64,000 nt of DNA from Harriotta raleighana. Its lineage: Eukaryota. Positions 25,845 through 38,240 of this stretch are shown here, in pieces. The DNA lies in contig JBNZDD010013665.1 in the NCBI GenBank assembly GCA_050575255.1, forward strand, positions 985,136 through 1,049,135. Reading direction: 5' to 3'. Numbering within the stretch: position 1 is the first letter of the stretch; each line of letters starts with the position of its first letter. The notes under the pieces were generated by a model. That model ran no database searches. It was given only the letters and a program-made list of their open reading frames with translations, and was not told the DNA's origin. The position numbers were made by a program, and so were the translations under genes.

Positions 25845-26585
25845 AATAATGCTAGCATTTGATGCAACTCCTTATCACATCGTCAAGATGTCTCAGAGCA
25901 CTTTACAGGATTTTACTGTTCAGCACCATGATTGTCCATTTGTGGGCAAATCTGGCAACCAATTTGCACACAGCAAGCCACAAACAGCCAAAAAGTGAAT
26001 AACTAATTTTATCTGCGGAATTGTTGGTCATCCGGAAGAACTCCCTTCTCTTTTCAAATAGTGGAGTCCTGTAGCTCAGTGGTTAGAGCACTCACCTTAC
26101 AAGCTAGAGACTTGGGTTCAATTCCAGGCAGGAATTGCCTTAGGCAAGTTTCCTTACTCCACACGCCTGATAATAATCCCTCAAAAAAAACAATAATAAA
26201 TTTGTCATTTCAACCCATGACTGTTTGTGGGACACTACTGTGCACAATTGGCTGCCGCGTTTCGCCCACATATATACAGTTAATTCACTTTACAGTACTA
26301 TATATTCTGTGAAGTGCTTTGAGATGTCCCAAAGGTGTGAAAAGCACTATATCAAATGCGAGGATTATTATAGTGCCATGGAATTTTTAATGACCGACTG
26401 AACAGGCAGGCAGGACCTTGGGTTAACATATCACCTGAAGGATGGCATCTCCAGCAATGCAGTGTTCCCCCCAGCACTGCCCTGAAAGCCGAGCCTAGAC
26501 TATAAATTCAAAGTCCTGCATGGGACTTTAATCCACAACTTTCTGACGGAGAGACAAGAGTGGTAGCAACTGAGCCAGGATGACA
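25845..26585 (-). mobile_element. Old Deu-domain SINE split by the young SINE at 26061-26371
   Basis: Halves rejoin as CAAATA|GTGCCATGG. Confidence 0.8.
26061..26371 (+). mobile_element. Young tRNA-headed SINE, full length, nested in an old SINE
   Basis: GTAGCTCAGTGGTTAGAGC A box, GGTTCAATTCC B box, tail ATCAAATGCGAGGATTATTAT; ATAGTG on both sides. Confidence 0.92.
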
Positions 26586-26775
26586 AATGATGTTTAATAC
26601 AGATAAATCCAACCTCCTACATGTAGGAGGTAAGAAAATGAGAAAGATGCGCTCTACAGATAGGATAAAATGTGCCATGGGGGAAGCTGAAACAGATCTA
26701 GGGGTGTTAGTTAACTCATCACTCACTATGTCAAAACTGAGTGAGGCAGCAATAAACAAGACAAATAGGGAATGT
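26586..26775 (+). mobile_element. Degraded CR1 ORF2 internal fragment
   Basis: MMFNTDK..LLHVG...ETDLGVLV..SL.MS....A.NK.N resembles CR1 WQM.FN..K...ERDLGV motifs. Confidence 0.65.
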
Positions 26776-29700
26776 TGATCCGGGCTCTGGTTTTATTATA
26801 TTGCTGATGGGTTTTGTTTTATAGAAAGAGCAATTCTAACCAAATACTGTATACACAGATGTTTCATCATTCACTATTGATATAAATTTGCTTCATTCTA
26901 TCACATTGACAGTCATGTCAGCAGCAAGGACAAGAAGTAAACCAAGTGATTAAACTTTATGGACTGTATATTCAGGATATTCATGACAATCACAGCCCAA
27001 TTGGCTGAATCCCTGACCTCATTAAATACCCTCCTGGTGGCCCTGAAATCGCCCTTTGGAACCCTTACCCTATGTTCTCTTGTGATGTCTCATTGTGGCC
27101 AAAATTATTGTCTTGAGTTTGCTCTTCAATCCCATTTTAACTATCGTGCACCTCTACGAGGTCCCTTTGAGACGCCTCCTCTCCAGCCTGAAGAGTGTTA
27201 GCTTATCTAATCATTGCTGATAACTCATTGCCCTAACCCTGGGGTCATCTTCACTGGTCTTTTCTGCTTGGAAGCTCCACTCTTCCCACCCATGTCACAG
27301 GATCCAGAACTGTGGCCCAACACAGTGGGTGCAGCCTGCCCACAGCAATTTGTGGAAGCAACTAAATGCTTGGATCACAATTACCAGTTTATCTCTGCTA
27401 ATGGGCAGGAAGTGAGCGTGAGGAGGCAATTTTCTTTATAGTGCAATCCACAGGCTATTACAGTCGAGTTTTGGGTTCCTTAAGCTGCTACCGTTGTTTC
27501 CTTCCTTCTTCTCTTAATGTTGAGAGTCCCTATGATGGTCCTAGTCCTTCACAGCACTACGACTCTTAATACAATGCGGCTCTGTATCAACACAGATAAA
27601 TCGCCCCACTGAATGGCATGCCTGTATGGAAAAGTCCTCCAAAATACCTAATACAGTCCTCGTATTCTTCGGAACTTCAATCTTACTCTTCCCTTATGCT
27701 TCACTCCAGCAGTGTGGTACGTACACGATTCAATATATTGTCCTCATTTATCATTCAACAAACTTCCATTAGCGTTGACAACAAATAGATTGTGAGAATA
27801 GACGTGCTTTTTATCCAATGTCGCCATTCCCAGGGCGCATCGATTCCTGAGAGATTCTTTACAAAGACAGGGCGAACACACGGACCTTTTAAGACTGAAG
27901 AAAGGGCCTTTGTGTGGAGATTAAATGTAATTTTAATTGATTGATTGTACATTATGTAACAAGCTGATGCAAAGACATTTCACTGGGTCAGAGTTTCTCC
28001 ATTTACATAGGAATTCAAGACCAGAATTTTGGCATTAAATCCTCAATCCAGCCTGAATTCTGAATTTCTTAACACAGAAACTTGCAGAAAAACAATCTCA
28101 AAGTTAAAAGACTGAATGCAAGAATTTAACAAATTCTCTTTCCTGAAAAATTATTCAGAATAAATCCAGTCGGGGTTAGGATTTCTCTCCCATCCTTCTC
28201 TCCCTGCTGTACGAGAGGCTTTTAAGTTCAGTAACAAAACTCAAACCAAACGAGATGAGAAGAAGAAGAATATTCAACCTTACATTTGGTACATCACCAT
28301 GCACAATCGGGAGGACGTCTCAAAATGCTTCATAGGACTTTATGGAAGGTGCGGTGACTATGTATTTGTAGGTAAATGCAGCAGTCAATAGTTGTTTGCA
28401 GGACATTGCTGGGTGCAAAATGGTCTCATTCACCCATTGACACAGTTACTACACCTAGAGTTTCGCCCACAAATATACAGTCAATTTTTCCTACTCCTTT
28501 TCCTGAGCCCTCCCCCCCTACTTGGCTGTACAGCGCTTTGGGACGTTCTCCCGACGTGAAAGGCACTATATAAATAAAATTTAGATTTTTGATTGATAGA
28601 GTGACCAACGTGAGGTTCATACAGAGTTGAAACCGTCTGAAAAGGACTTGGTTTTGCCTCATCGCAAATTACCTCATGTTCCATTTCTATTACCTCATCC
28701 GCTATTTGCTCCATTAGTTAATTCCGAGCCGTGTGTCCGGCAGCTCTCCACCCATGGTCGAGGTGGCATGCTGCACCGTATAAATGTAAGCTGCTGGTGC
28801 GCTCAACGAAAAATACATTGGCCTGACTATGTAATCCCTTCCTGACTGCGAAAAGATATGAGCGCTGTTAGGGTTAAAGTGTCATGTAAAGTCCACCTGC
28901 CGTACTGACTGTTCAAAGGATTATATTCAACTCTGCCAACTGGCAGCTGTCAGGCAATCCCATGCCAAGTATCTGAACAAGATGCTGTGACAATCAGCGT
29001 GGGACCTTTCTTCAAACATTCAGTTTAACATAAAACTTCAATTCATCAGAACCCCATGAGGTTGGTTCCGTAGAATGCGTTCACTAAAGCAGACAAGAGT
29101 TTGTGTGTGTGGTGGGGAGGGGGTCGTGGTGGTGGGGGTCGGTATAGTCCGAGGGGAAATATAAAGCAACAATGTTGGGACCGTAGATGCTTTGATGCTG
29201 AACTGCCCAGAACATGAGGTAATTTGTACGCCGGCCAAGCAAGCTCGATTCAAACAGTTTAAACACAATATTTAAAATAATTCTCATATTTCACACAGTG
29301 AATTTCACGTTGGGAGGACATTTTAATCTGCTTAATAGGACATAAAGTAGCTTGTTGTGACCGTGTGTTTTGGAAGTGAATATACTGGGAGAGAGAGACA
29401 GAATTGAACAGCAGAATTAACGGTTAACCTTTGTAAGACATTGGTTTGGCTGCAGCTAGAATATTTGTCCACAAATACATATTCACTACATTTTACAATA
29501 AATCCTGTGAAGCCCTTTGAGATATTTAAATGTTGTGATATGTCGCGATACTAAATGTAGTAATAATAATGCAGCAGTCAATTTAACGGTAGTATCCCAC
29601 AAAGTTTTTTTTATTAGTTGTTTTGTAAAGGCTGTTGTTATTATTATTATTAAGGGGTAAACCATGTACATACACCAGGCAGATACCAGAAATAAATTGG

Positions 29701-31167
29701 CACCCATTTAAGAAAATCTATCAAATTGTTCAAGAATTATTGACAGCTTTGGCCCTGGAACTCCATTCTTGACACTGACGGACTCGCTCTCTCATTCCAT
29801 CCCTCTCCTCGCACAAGTTCTGTCTCAATGTACCTCTTCAACTGTGGATTTGGTCCTTTCCCCTCCTACAACCCTCAGCTCCCACCCCCAGATCAGGTGC
29901 CTAACCTGCAGTGTCAAACACTTTCAGACGTCCTCCCAACATCTCAATGTAAATTGTATTACAGTATATTGTTTATTTATGCTTATGTTTTTGGAACCTT
30001 AATGATCAAGTACCTAACACCCGGGGAAAATAAGTTGACGACATTACAGAGCCAGAGCATGGCGCCCAGTGGGGCAAGCTGAGAATACAGATGTGGAGTT
30101 GTTCATGCATCTCTGAGTTAATGAATCCGGGTTACATCTTCCCTCTAGTCCGCTTTGTAACCCTTCCAAGCTCGTTCCCCTGCCAGTCTGAGCACTTATC
30201 GTGATCATTCAGTTGAAATGAACACTCCCACTTGACTGCCAACCCCAACTGTGCAGATACCCTGACACTGGGTCAGAGGGATATGGATTCAAACCCCCAT
30301 GTCAAGACTCACACTTGCAGAATTCAGCAGAATAGGGCAGAATTCAGAGAACTCTGCACTCTAAACAGAGGAGGCATTCAATATAATATAGTCATTGCAG
30401 ATGCAAGAGTTTTAGAGGAACTTCTTTAGACAGAGGGTGGTGAGAATATGCAACCCACTATTGGAGAAATTCCAGTAGTCCCAGTTACATTTAAAAATCA
30501 ATGCATCTTTAAAAATGATTTTAATGAGCTTTGCTGCTTTGCTGCTTACAATAATAATCAAAATAATCCTTGCATTTAATATAACGTCTGTAATATCTCA
30601 CAAAGTTTAGTACAGTGTAGTGACTATGTACTTTGAAGATGAATAAGGCACCCAATTTGCACGCAGCAATGTCCCACAAAAAGCCATGAAGTGAAGGACC
30701 AATTTCAGTTTGTGGATTGTTGGCCAGGACGAAGAATGTCCTACGCTGTATGAATAGTATTCCATGGGACTCGTAACATTGACTGACGGACACACTATAA
30801 CACCATAACACTATAGTGCATGTGATCCAGCTTGGATTGCTCTTACTGTTGGCTGGCAATTGAGGTGTTATAAATTTGCCCAATACTGCAATTTAAAACA
30901 GAACATTGCTTGCCACTTTATATACTGGAGTGCAACAGAACATTACATGCCAACTCTATACCCCTTAACCCTACCTCCACCACTGTGTTTCTCTAAGGCT
31001 CCATTTGAATTCCAGTTTAAACTCCATTTGGGTCTTGGTGGCTTGAATGTTCCTCAGCGTAATAGTGACCCGAGCAAGACTGGTACGTGCATTAAACATT
31101 CAATATTCCATCTACCATATGCAGACCAGCAAATGGCCTGACAACTTCAACAACGGCCACACTACGA

Positions 31168-31231
31168 TACAACAACAACAACTTGGATTTATGTAGCGCC
31201 CTCCACGTCGGCCGGCGTCTCAGAGCGCTTG
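31168..31231 (-). mobile_element. Tail-only L2 insertion about 22 nt into intron 5
   Basis: AAGCGCTCTGAGACGCCGGCCGACGTGGAGGGCGCT stem-loop plus (TTG)n on -. Confidence 0.8.
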
Positions 31232-31253
31232 AAACGGCAGAAGCATAAATTAC

Positions 31254-31307
31254 CAGACTGGTGAAAATGTAGTGGTAGTATTCCGTCATCATCCCCATCG
31301 CCATGGC
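31254..31307 (-). CDS. GRIK3: GRIK3 exon 5 (54 nt, phase 0/0): AMAMGMMTEYYHYIFTSL
   Basis: Acceptor ctctttgcAG, donor CTG|GTAATT. Confidence 0.96.
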
Positions 31308-33297
31308 CTGCAAAGAGCAGAAAGATGTTAGGTGGTTAGATGCTCAGAGAGCTGCTTCAGTCCCAGATGGTTCCCTTCTCCTCCCTTTGTAACCCTCCAA
31401 ACCTAAAGTCTATGGTTTACAGTTGGATACCATTTTTCTCCTCAGTGGCCAACCCAATTTAGTCCCTCCAGCAAGTTTTTTTATTCATAGAATCATAGAC
31501 ATTTACAGCGCAGAAGGAGGCCATTCAGGCTCATTGAGTCTGCACTGACTCTCAGAGCTGTGCTTTCAATCCCACTGCCCTGCCTAAACCCCTTCAAGCT
31601 GCTAACTCTTTTATTTCTCTCTGCTTTCTTCTTGCACACAAGATCGGTTGATGTCACTGGGCTTTAAGAGGATATCACAGCTAAGCCTGTTTTTGTGGTA
31701 AATGTAAAACGCTCTGAGACAATATCCTACATAAAGGGCCCAATCTAAATGCAAATTATTGTTACAACTAAAGCAATGGGTAGCCAGGAATTGCAGTTGA
31801 GACCAGTGTGCTGGACTTATTTCAAACACAGTTTGGTGTTGTAATGGGAGGACATTAGGGTGTGTATCCTGGAAGATCATATGGATCAAACAAACTTGTT
31901 CATCGAAACCAAGGCTCGTGATGTCCATTTATCCCAAATCTGACACCCTAACTGTGATTGTTACCCTCCATAGGAAGGGGTTGGGGAGATAGGTGGGATT
32001 GGGGTATTAAAACACTTTGCTAACTGTTGATCATAATGCACTCTGGGTTTGGGTTAATGAGGGTGTATCTCTAAGGGTGGGGGGAGAGGGAGAACTAAAG
32101 GTCAAAAGTTAAAAGGGAGACCGTGGTATGCATTGCCCATAAAAAGTAATAAACACAGAATCATTTGGTAAAAAGAGATAGACAAGGTTAATAGATGGAC
32201 CCATCAAGAAGAACAACAAAATTACATCTCCAGAGCACCTTTCACATTGGGAGGACAGTGATTCAATGATGCATCGAATTATTTCAGGAAGGATATTCCT
32301 GGAAGCCAGTGGTGTAAACTATTGGCTCCAGGTTTGGCAAGCTGAGGCCAATAGTAGCTCAATTGCATCGACTCTGCTAAAGTTACCTCAATCAGCGTAG
32401 CCCAGAGACTGAACACGAGTTCTTTGTGATCTGATTGTCTCTGGAGCACATTGTGTGAGGCCTGTAGCCACTGAACCACGATAGAAACCCAAGATGCCAT
32501 TATTTAGGCTTCACCAGTGGAGTTCGGCTTCAGTTAGGAATTCGGATTCCTTGATAATCTATAATTGTTAGCAGAACAAACTCAAGGGCATGATCAAATG
32601 AGACTGACCAGTGCACAGCACTAATAAACTGTGAAGAAATGTTAATAGTAATTAAAAGCAGAGAAAAATCCAGCAGTGATAATTGAATTCAATGGCATTC
32701 AATTCACTTATAACCAACCATTGCTGGCCTCATTATTCTGCATTCCACAAATAGCCACAGTGCAAAGGGCAAAAGCAACGGATTGAGGCTTTGTACTAAA
32801 AATAACAGCATAGCAAGAGGGTCAAAGCCTTCGCTCTTTTCTCTAAGTTGCCTAAGAGCAATCAGTTCGCAAAGACTGTGCAGAGAGAATCACAATCCGC
32901 ACCAATGCTTTGCATTGAAGGAATGCTCTTCACACAGCTGACTGTGGACACAAATGTGTTGAGGGGGAGCTAAGGAGGGTCATTTGGACTGAAAAGAATT
33001 CTGAAGCACAGGCGAAAGAGTAGGGCTTAAAGCAACAGCAACTTGCATTTGTACGGAGTATCCCCCTTCCAGATTGCGCCTTAGAGCGCCACACAGTGGT
33101 GAGGTAGGATACTTTAAAAGCAGCTGAGAGGGAGGGAGGAAGGGGACAAGGTGGGTGCCGGCATCACCAAGATTAAGTTCCAGCCAGCGGGGGACTAGAG
33201 AGAGACCAGAGAGCGNCGGATACTTTAAAAGCAGCTGAGAGGGAGGGAGGAAGGGGACAAGGTGGGTGCCGGCATCCCCAAGATTAAGTTCCAGCCA

Positions 33298-33446
33298 GCG
33301 GGGGACTAGAGAGAGACCAGAGAGCGGGGGACTAGAGAGAGACCAGAGAGCGGGGGACTAGAGAGAGACCAGAGAGCAAGCACTAAAGAGAGATCAGAGA
33401 GTGGGGGGACTAGAGAGAGACCATGGAGCGGGGCGATAGAGGGAGA
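33298..33446. repeat. 26-bp minisatellite GCGGGGGACTAGAGAGAGACCAGAGA, 3 perfect plus 3 degenerate units
   Basis: Directly visible tandem units. Confidence 0.93.
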
Positions 33447-33722
33447 AAAACCAAGTAGACAATGCAAACACATCACAAAAATCCCACTCCGCCTCCTTTG
33501 TTAACACAGTCACTAACGTCAAGCTGATAATAATAATAACCCTTGCATTTGAGATGGGAGTCATTTCACGTCTTTGAGACGCTTCCACAAAGCACTTCAC
33601 GCAATACACTATAAAGTGAATTGACTGTATATTTTTGGGGCGACCCCTTCCTCCTCCCACAAGAGAATCTGCCATGACCAGTTCCAGTGATCCATGTCAC
33701 AGTGAAGGTGGGCTATGCTCAC

Positions 33723-33904
33723 CTGCTTCAGTATCTGAGCAGCCATGGCATAGCCACAGTCGAATATCACACGGAACTCCCTGCCTCGCTTCATCTCCTT
33801 CAGGAGAGGCCGGGCATCGCTCGAGTCGGTGGGCAGCTGCCGGATCTTGAGGCGTATGTTATATCTGGATGGAGCTGTTATCAGCTCCTGCAGACGTATC
33901 AGAC
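33723..33904 (-). CDS. GRIK3: GRIK3 exon 4 (182 nt, phase 1/0): [25 protein letters not shown]...AAQILKQ
   Basis: Acceptor ctccctaaAG, donor CAG|GTGAGC. Confidence 0.97.
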
Positions 33905-34258
33905 CTTTAGGGAGTAAGTAGATCAGCGACATCAGATATATCAAACCTGCTGACTGTGTCACTGTATTGTACTGGGATTTTAATTTCTTCCAAACACAGG
34001 AAGGTGATTTAAATATTGCTGCAACTTTTAATTGCAATTCCTACTTTGCTTATTCCTCATTTAGGGTACTCTATTAGATTCCTACAGACACTAGCGAGCA
34101 TTACTTTAGAGGGCAATCAATCTTTGCTTTTGGTATAATGTCTCATCAAGTCATCAAGATGTCTCTGGATTTTTGTTGTAAAATCTAGAGACTGTATTTG
34201 TAAGTGGATGTGGCAACTAATTTGTGCATAGTGGTGACCCTTAAACAGCCCTAATACT

Positions 34259-34559
34259 GTAATAATAATAATCCTTGCATTTTGATATAGTGCTTTTCAC
34301 ATCTTCTAGATGGCTTAAGACCCTTCGTAGAATATACTGTAAAATGACTTGATTGTATATATGTGGGCGAAACGCGACAGCCAATTGCCAACAGCAGCGT
34401 CCCACAAACAGTCGTAGATTGAAATGACCGATTCATTATTTTTTTTAGGGTTTGTTATTAGGCGTGTGGAGTAAGGAAACTTGCCCAAGGTTTCACCCTG
34501 CCTGGAATTGAACCCAGGTCTCTCGCTTGTACTCTAACCATTGAGTTACAGGACCCCGC
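34259..34559 (-). mobile_element. Young tRNA-headed SINE, near full length
   Basis: Reverse complement of the 26061 family with a small head deletion. Confidence 0.9.
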
Positions 34560-34878
34560 AATGAAGCCAATTCTAATTGGGACATTGTTGGCCAAGACAT
34601 CAGAAGAAAAGATTGCCTTTTCTTTTTGAATAGTGAGCTCTTTAACATCCATCTGAACAGGCAAGGTGTCATGATCACCACTGCAGTGCTCCCTTTAGCA
34701 CTGTAAGGGACTATCACCCTAGTCTGTGAGTTCAAAGTCCAGTCATGGGGCTTGAAACCACAATTATCTGACACACAAGTGAGAGCGTTACCAACCAAGC
34801 CAGGCTGATGTTAACTAAACTTATGCCCCTGTACTGACTAAGCACGGAGATCTGTTTATCTGGAAGCACACCACTTAC

Positions 34879-35136
34879 CCGTACTGTCATCATACACAAT
34901 GGTAGCAGTCTTCCACTTCAGAAACTGTATGAGATCCAAGATAGCATGGCTGAGGGAGGAATAGTCAGGGTAGAAGTTGGCGTAGAAGGAGTCCCTGTTG
35001 TCCAAGGGATGGTGTTTCCACCTTATTTGAATGTGGGGGACTTCCAGGGCATTGCAGATGGATTGCACAGCATTGGATGAAGAACTATGAGAAGGTCCAA
35101 ATATAGCAACTACTCCAAGGGAGAGCTGGTCACAGG
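34879..35136 (-). CDS. GRIK3: GRIK3 exon 3 (258 nt, phase 1/1): [15 protein letters not shown]...YDDSTG
   Basis: Acceptor ttctcttccattcAG, donor G|GTAAGT; clear kainate ATD sequence. Confidence 0.97.
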
Positions 35137-35675
35137 CTGAATGGAAGAGAATCAAATTTATCAACAGCGGAACATGGGTCTTAAGTATAAGTAGCAACAC
35201 TAAAGCTCTTTGTAAACTAGCCATTACCAAGGTTTATCATTAAACATCCATCAGTTACTTCTATTGATTACTTCATTACGGCAGCTCCATTTCAATGGAA
35301 GTAAGATCTTCGAGATAACCACACAGCTGTTCACCCCAGCGCTGCACTGGAGTGTCGGCCTAGACTATAAGGTCAGAGATGGGGAGTTGACTGAGAGGTG
35401 AGGGTGCTGCTAGCTGAGCCAGGCTGATATCTTAAACACTTAGTAGAATTATCAGCAAAAACTCCAGAAAACATCAGAGAAAATTTAAAGCTCGGAAAAC
35501 TTATTAAGCAATCCGCAATCCTCGAAAACCAAGGAGACCACAGCAGAGCACGGAAACTGCATTTTTTAGCGTGGATACCAAACACAATGCAATACAATAC
35601 ACAATTGCATTTGTACATTGTCTTTCACGTTGGGAGGATGTCCCCAGGCACTGTAACTTGCCATGGGTCCCAGTA

Positions 35676-36118
35676 CATTAAAATCTTGTTTATCTGTGAC
35701 AGAAAACCCGTTCAACCGCCATCTCCAAAAAAAAAGTCCCGACTCAATGAAACGGAAGTTATCCGGCAAATAATGATGATGCGTTTAATTAATTGACTGT
35801 CTCACGCAAGTACTGGTGCAGGTATTCGCGGCTGGCCGCTAGTCAGGTCTAAACTCGCTCCAGCTCCATTTAAAAGGAGGATTTTTTTTTACCTCCGTCG
35901 GGTGAGGGCTGCCGTTGCGAAGTTAAGTAGAAATAATGAAGTACTAATACAATATTCTGTTACTGTTTAATCTATTATCAATATGGGTATGTGTTAAAAT
36001 AATTTGTAATTAATAAAAAAGTTTTTAAAAAAAGTTTTTTTTGAATCTGTTCAACCGGAAAACCATTTAACCACCACTGTCCAGGCTCCATGGGTGCTGG
36101 ATAAACAGGGTTTTATTG
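35676..36118. mobile_element. Second MITE of the same TIR family, 443 bp, abutting the exon 2 donor
   Basis: Degenerate TIRs CATTAAAATCTTGTTTATCT / GGATAAACAGGGTTTTATTG, TA flanks at 35674-35675 and 36119-36120, shares internal AATATTCTGTTACT...AAAATAA block with the 10131 copy. Confidence 0.85.
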
Positions 36119-36124
36119 TATTAC

Positions 36125-36292
36125 CTTTCCTGGATGCTTCAAAACTGTCATAGATGTTTATTCGTTGGATGTCATAGGACAGGGTAATGTTGGGAAGCAG
36201 AGTCCTGTTCCTGTTGATGTTGTTCACAGCAAATTTGAAGGCCAGCTCCTCTGCTCCCACCGTTCCACCCTCCACTAATTCAAAGATCCCTC
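36125..36292 (-). CDS. GRIK3: GRIK3 exon 2 (168 nt, phase 1/1): [56 protein letters not shown]
   Basis: Acceptor ttttctcttccAG, donor AAG|GTAATA; kainate ATD motif [10 protein letters not shown]. Confidence 0.96.
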
Positions 36293-38240
36293 CTGGAAGA
36301 GAAAAGCAATGGCCGACATTACTCTGCGCCTCTCTCTTCACCACTTTCCGAGAATCAAAGTTTTCGGGATTAATCCCTTTGATAATACAGTAATTCGATG
36401 TAGCATTTTATCATGTCATTCACACTTCAAAGTGCTTCACAGGATATTTTGTAAAGTGTAGTGACTCTATTTGGGGGATGAAACACGGCAGCCAGGACAC
36501 CGGGAGAAACTCCATGGAAACAGCACCTCGAACAATGCAGAAGTTCCCCCAAGCACTGAACTGGAATGTCAGTCTAGACTGTGATCTTGAGCCCAAAACA
36601 ATATAATACAATACAAATTTATATTCATAAAATTCCTTTCACATCGAGAAGACATCGCAAGGGTTTTAAGAATCCTTTTCGCTTAGCACCTGAACTGGAG
36701 ATGGGAGCCGAGAGGGATGGGGATGGGAGAGAGATGACCGAAAGCTTGGTCAAAGAAGCAGGACTTACAGAGGACTTTGAAAAGGTGAGGGAGGGAGCAA
36801 GTCAGAGGGACTTTAATAGAGTTTCAGCCAGTAGGGGGAGAGCCCAGCCAACAATTGTGCATTCCAACAACCTTCTGATTCAGGCAAGAATTCCTCCAAC
36901 TGAGTGAACTTGACATGTTTATTTGCAGACAATGTGTAGATGTAGCAGCCAGTATTAAATGGCAGTTGTAGTGGTCATTTTGACTTAGACTCAGAGCAAA
37001 GAACATAGATGTGGTAAAATATTGCAATCTGTTCCACATTATTTAAGGTCTATGTAAATAGTGACATCTGAGCAAGTGAGGGGAAGTCTGAGAAAATGTT
37101 TTAGCATAAGACAATAAACTAACAGAGGTTCACAACTTAAAATTCGGGTGATAGCTCTTGCATTTTGATACGTTGCTTATGTTGTAGAGACGATTCAATT
37201 TGATAGCTGCTCATTTGATAAGACATAGAAGACCTGCCTAAAATTCCAGCTAATTGTAGGCTAATTTTGAGACCATTTTACTTTAAAGGTTATGTATGAT
37301 TCCACAGAATTATAGAAAACTCTTGAATTTAATCTACGTTCTTAAAAAAGGGCTGGCCTCCAAATCAAGACAGAATTTACGAATTTAGCAGAATGTGCAC
37401 CACCTCAAATTTAGTCTGAGACTAGGTGGAGATGAGGCGTAAATAAATGCGAGTTGTTGCTAATCATAATAATAATACTCCTTGCAATTAATATAGCGCT
37501 TTATCACATCTCAAACTTCACAGAATACGTATACTGTAAAGTGGATTGACTTGTGTGTTTTATAGCCAACTGCGCACAACATTGTCACACAAACAGTCGT
37601 AGTGTAATCCTAACCCAAATTTTGTTATTATTGAAACTACAATATTAAAAGAGCTGGAGATTCACTAGGGAAACAGCTCTCACTAGAGGCAGTGGATTAA
37701 GGCAGCAACGGACACCTAAGAGAGAATTGGAGCCCTCTAATTAGTAAATTCAGCACTAATTGTTTGTGTCTAGTGACCAGTGCACACCAGATACCTCCTC
37801 ATCTGTCTCACGCATGCAGCTCGGAGATGCCTGGAGTGAATGTGTACATAATTAAGTCGATTTACTGTGTGAACACTGCTCGCAGGGAGCTGTAGATTAA
37901 CATGAGAGATAGGCATTTAAATAAAAGTAATCAGACACACACTTTAATAGTATCGTCATTTTTTTTTACACACACAGCACTTTTTTAACTTCTCCAACAC
38001 ATCATTTCCAACAATACAACCCGTAGTCTAGGCTGACACTCCAGTGCAGTGCATTTGGTTGGGGGGAGCGCTGCATTGCTAAAGATGCCATCCTTTGGAA
38101 GAAATGTTATTGTGCCACGTTAAATTTTAAGACAAAATGGTGTCACAGGCTATGACTGGATTTGGGATTTGGACCATTTAGGGATTTCAAATTTAAGGAG
38201 GCACAAAATGGTGGAAAACTCTTGGATTCAGTCTTACTCC

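Larger units (their letters stand above)
7052..36292 (-). other. GRIK3: Kainate receptor gene GRIK3 (GluK3), partial span covering exons 2-10; gene extends beyond both ends of this span
   Basis: Nine exons splice in frame (168+258+182+54+174+144+108+114+204 nt). Residue runs [62 protein letters not shown] and WNGMVK.LIDH match recalled GluK3 better than GluK1/2. Confidence 0.9.

Noticed and set aside
25919-25940. REST/NRSE site (TTCAGCACCA)
   Set aside because: Left half only, no GGACAG half, and it sits within a decayed SINE tail.
26061-26135. tRNA-Val(TAC) genes
   Set aside because: No proper acceptor stem or terminator, and always fused to the SINE body.
33298-33446. CRISPR-like array
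   Set aside because: Head-to-tail tandem units with no unique spacers, in a vertebrate intron.
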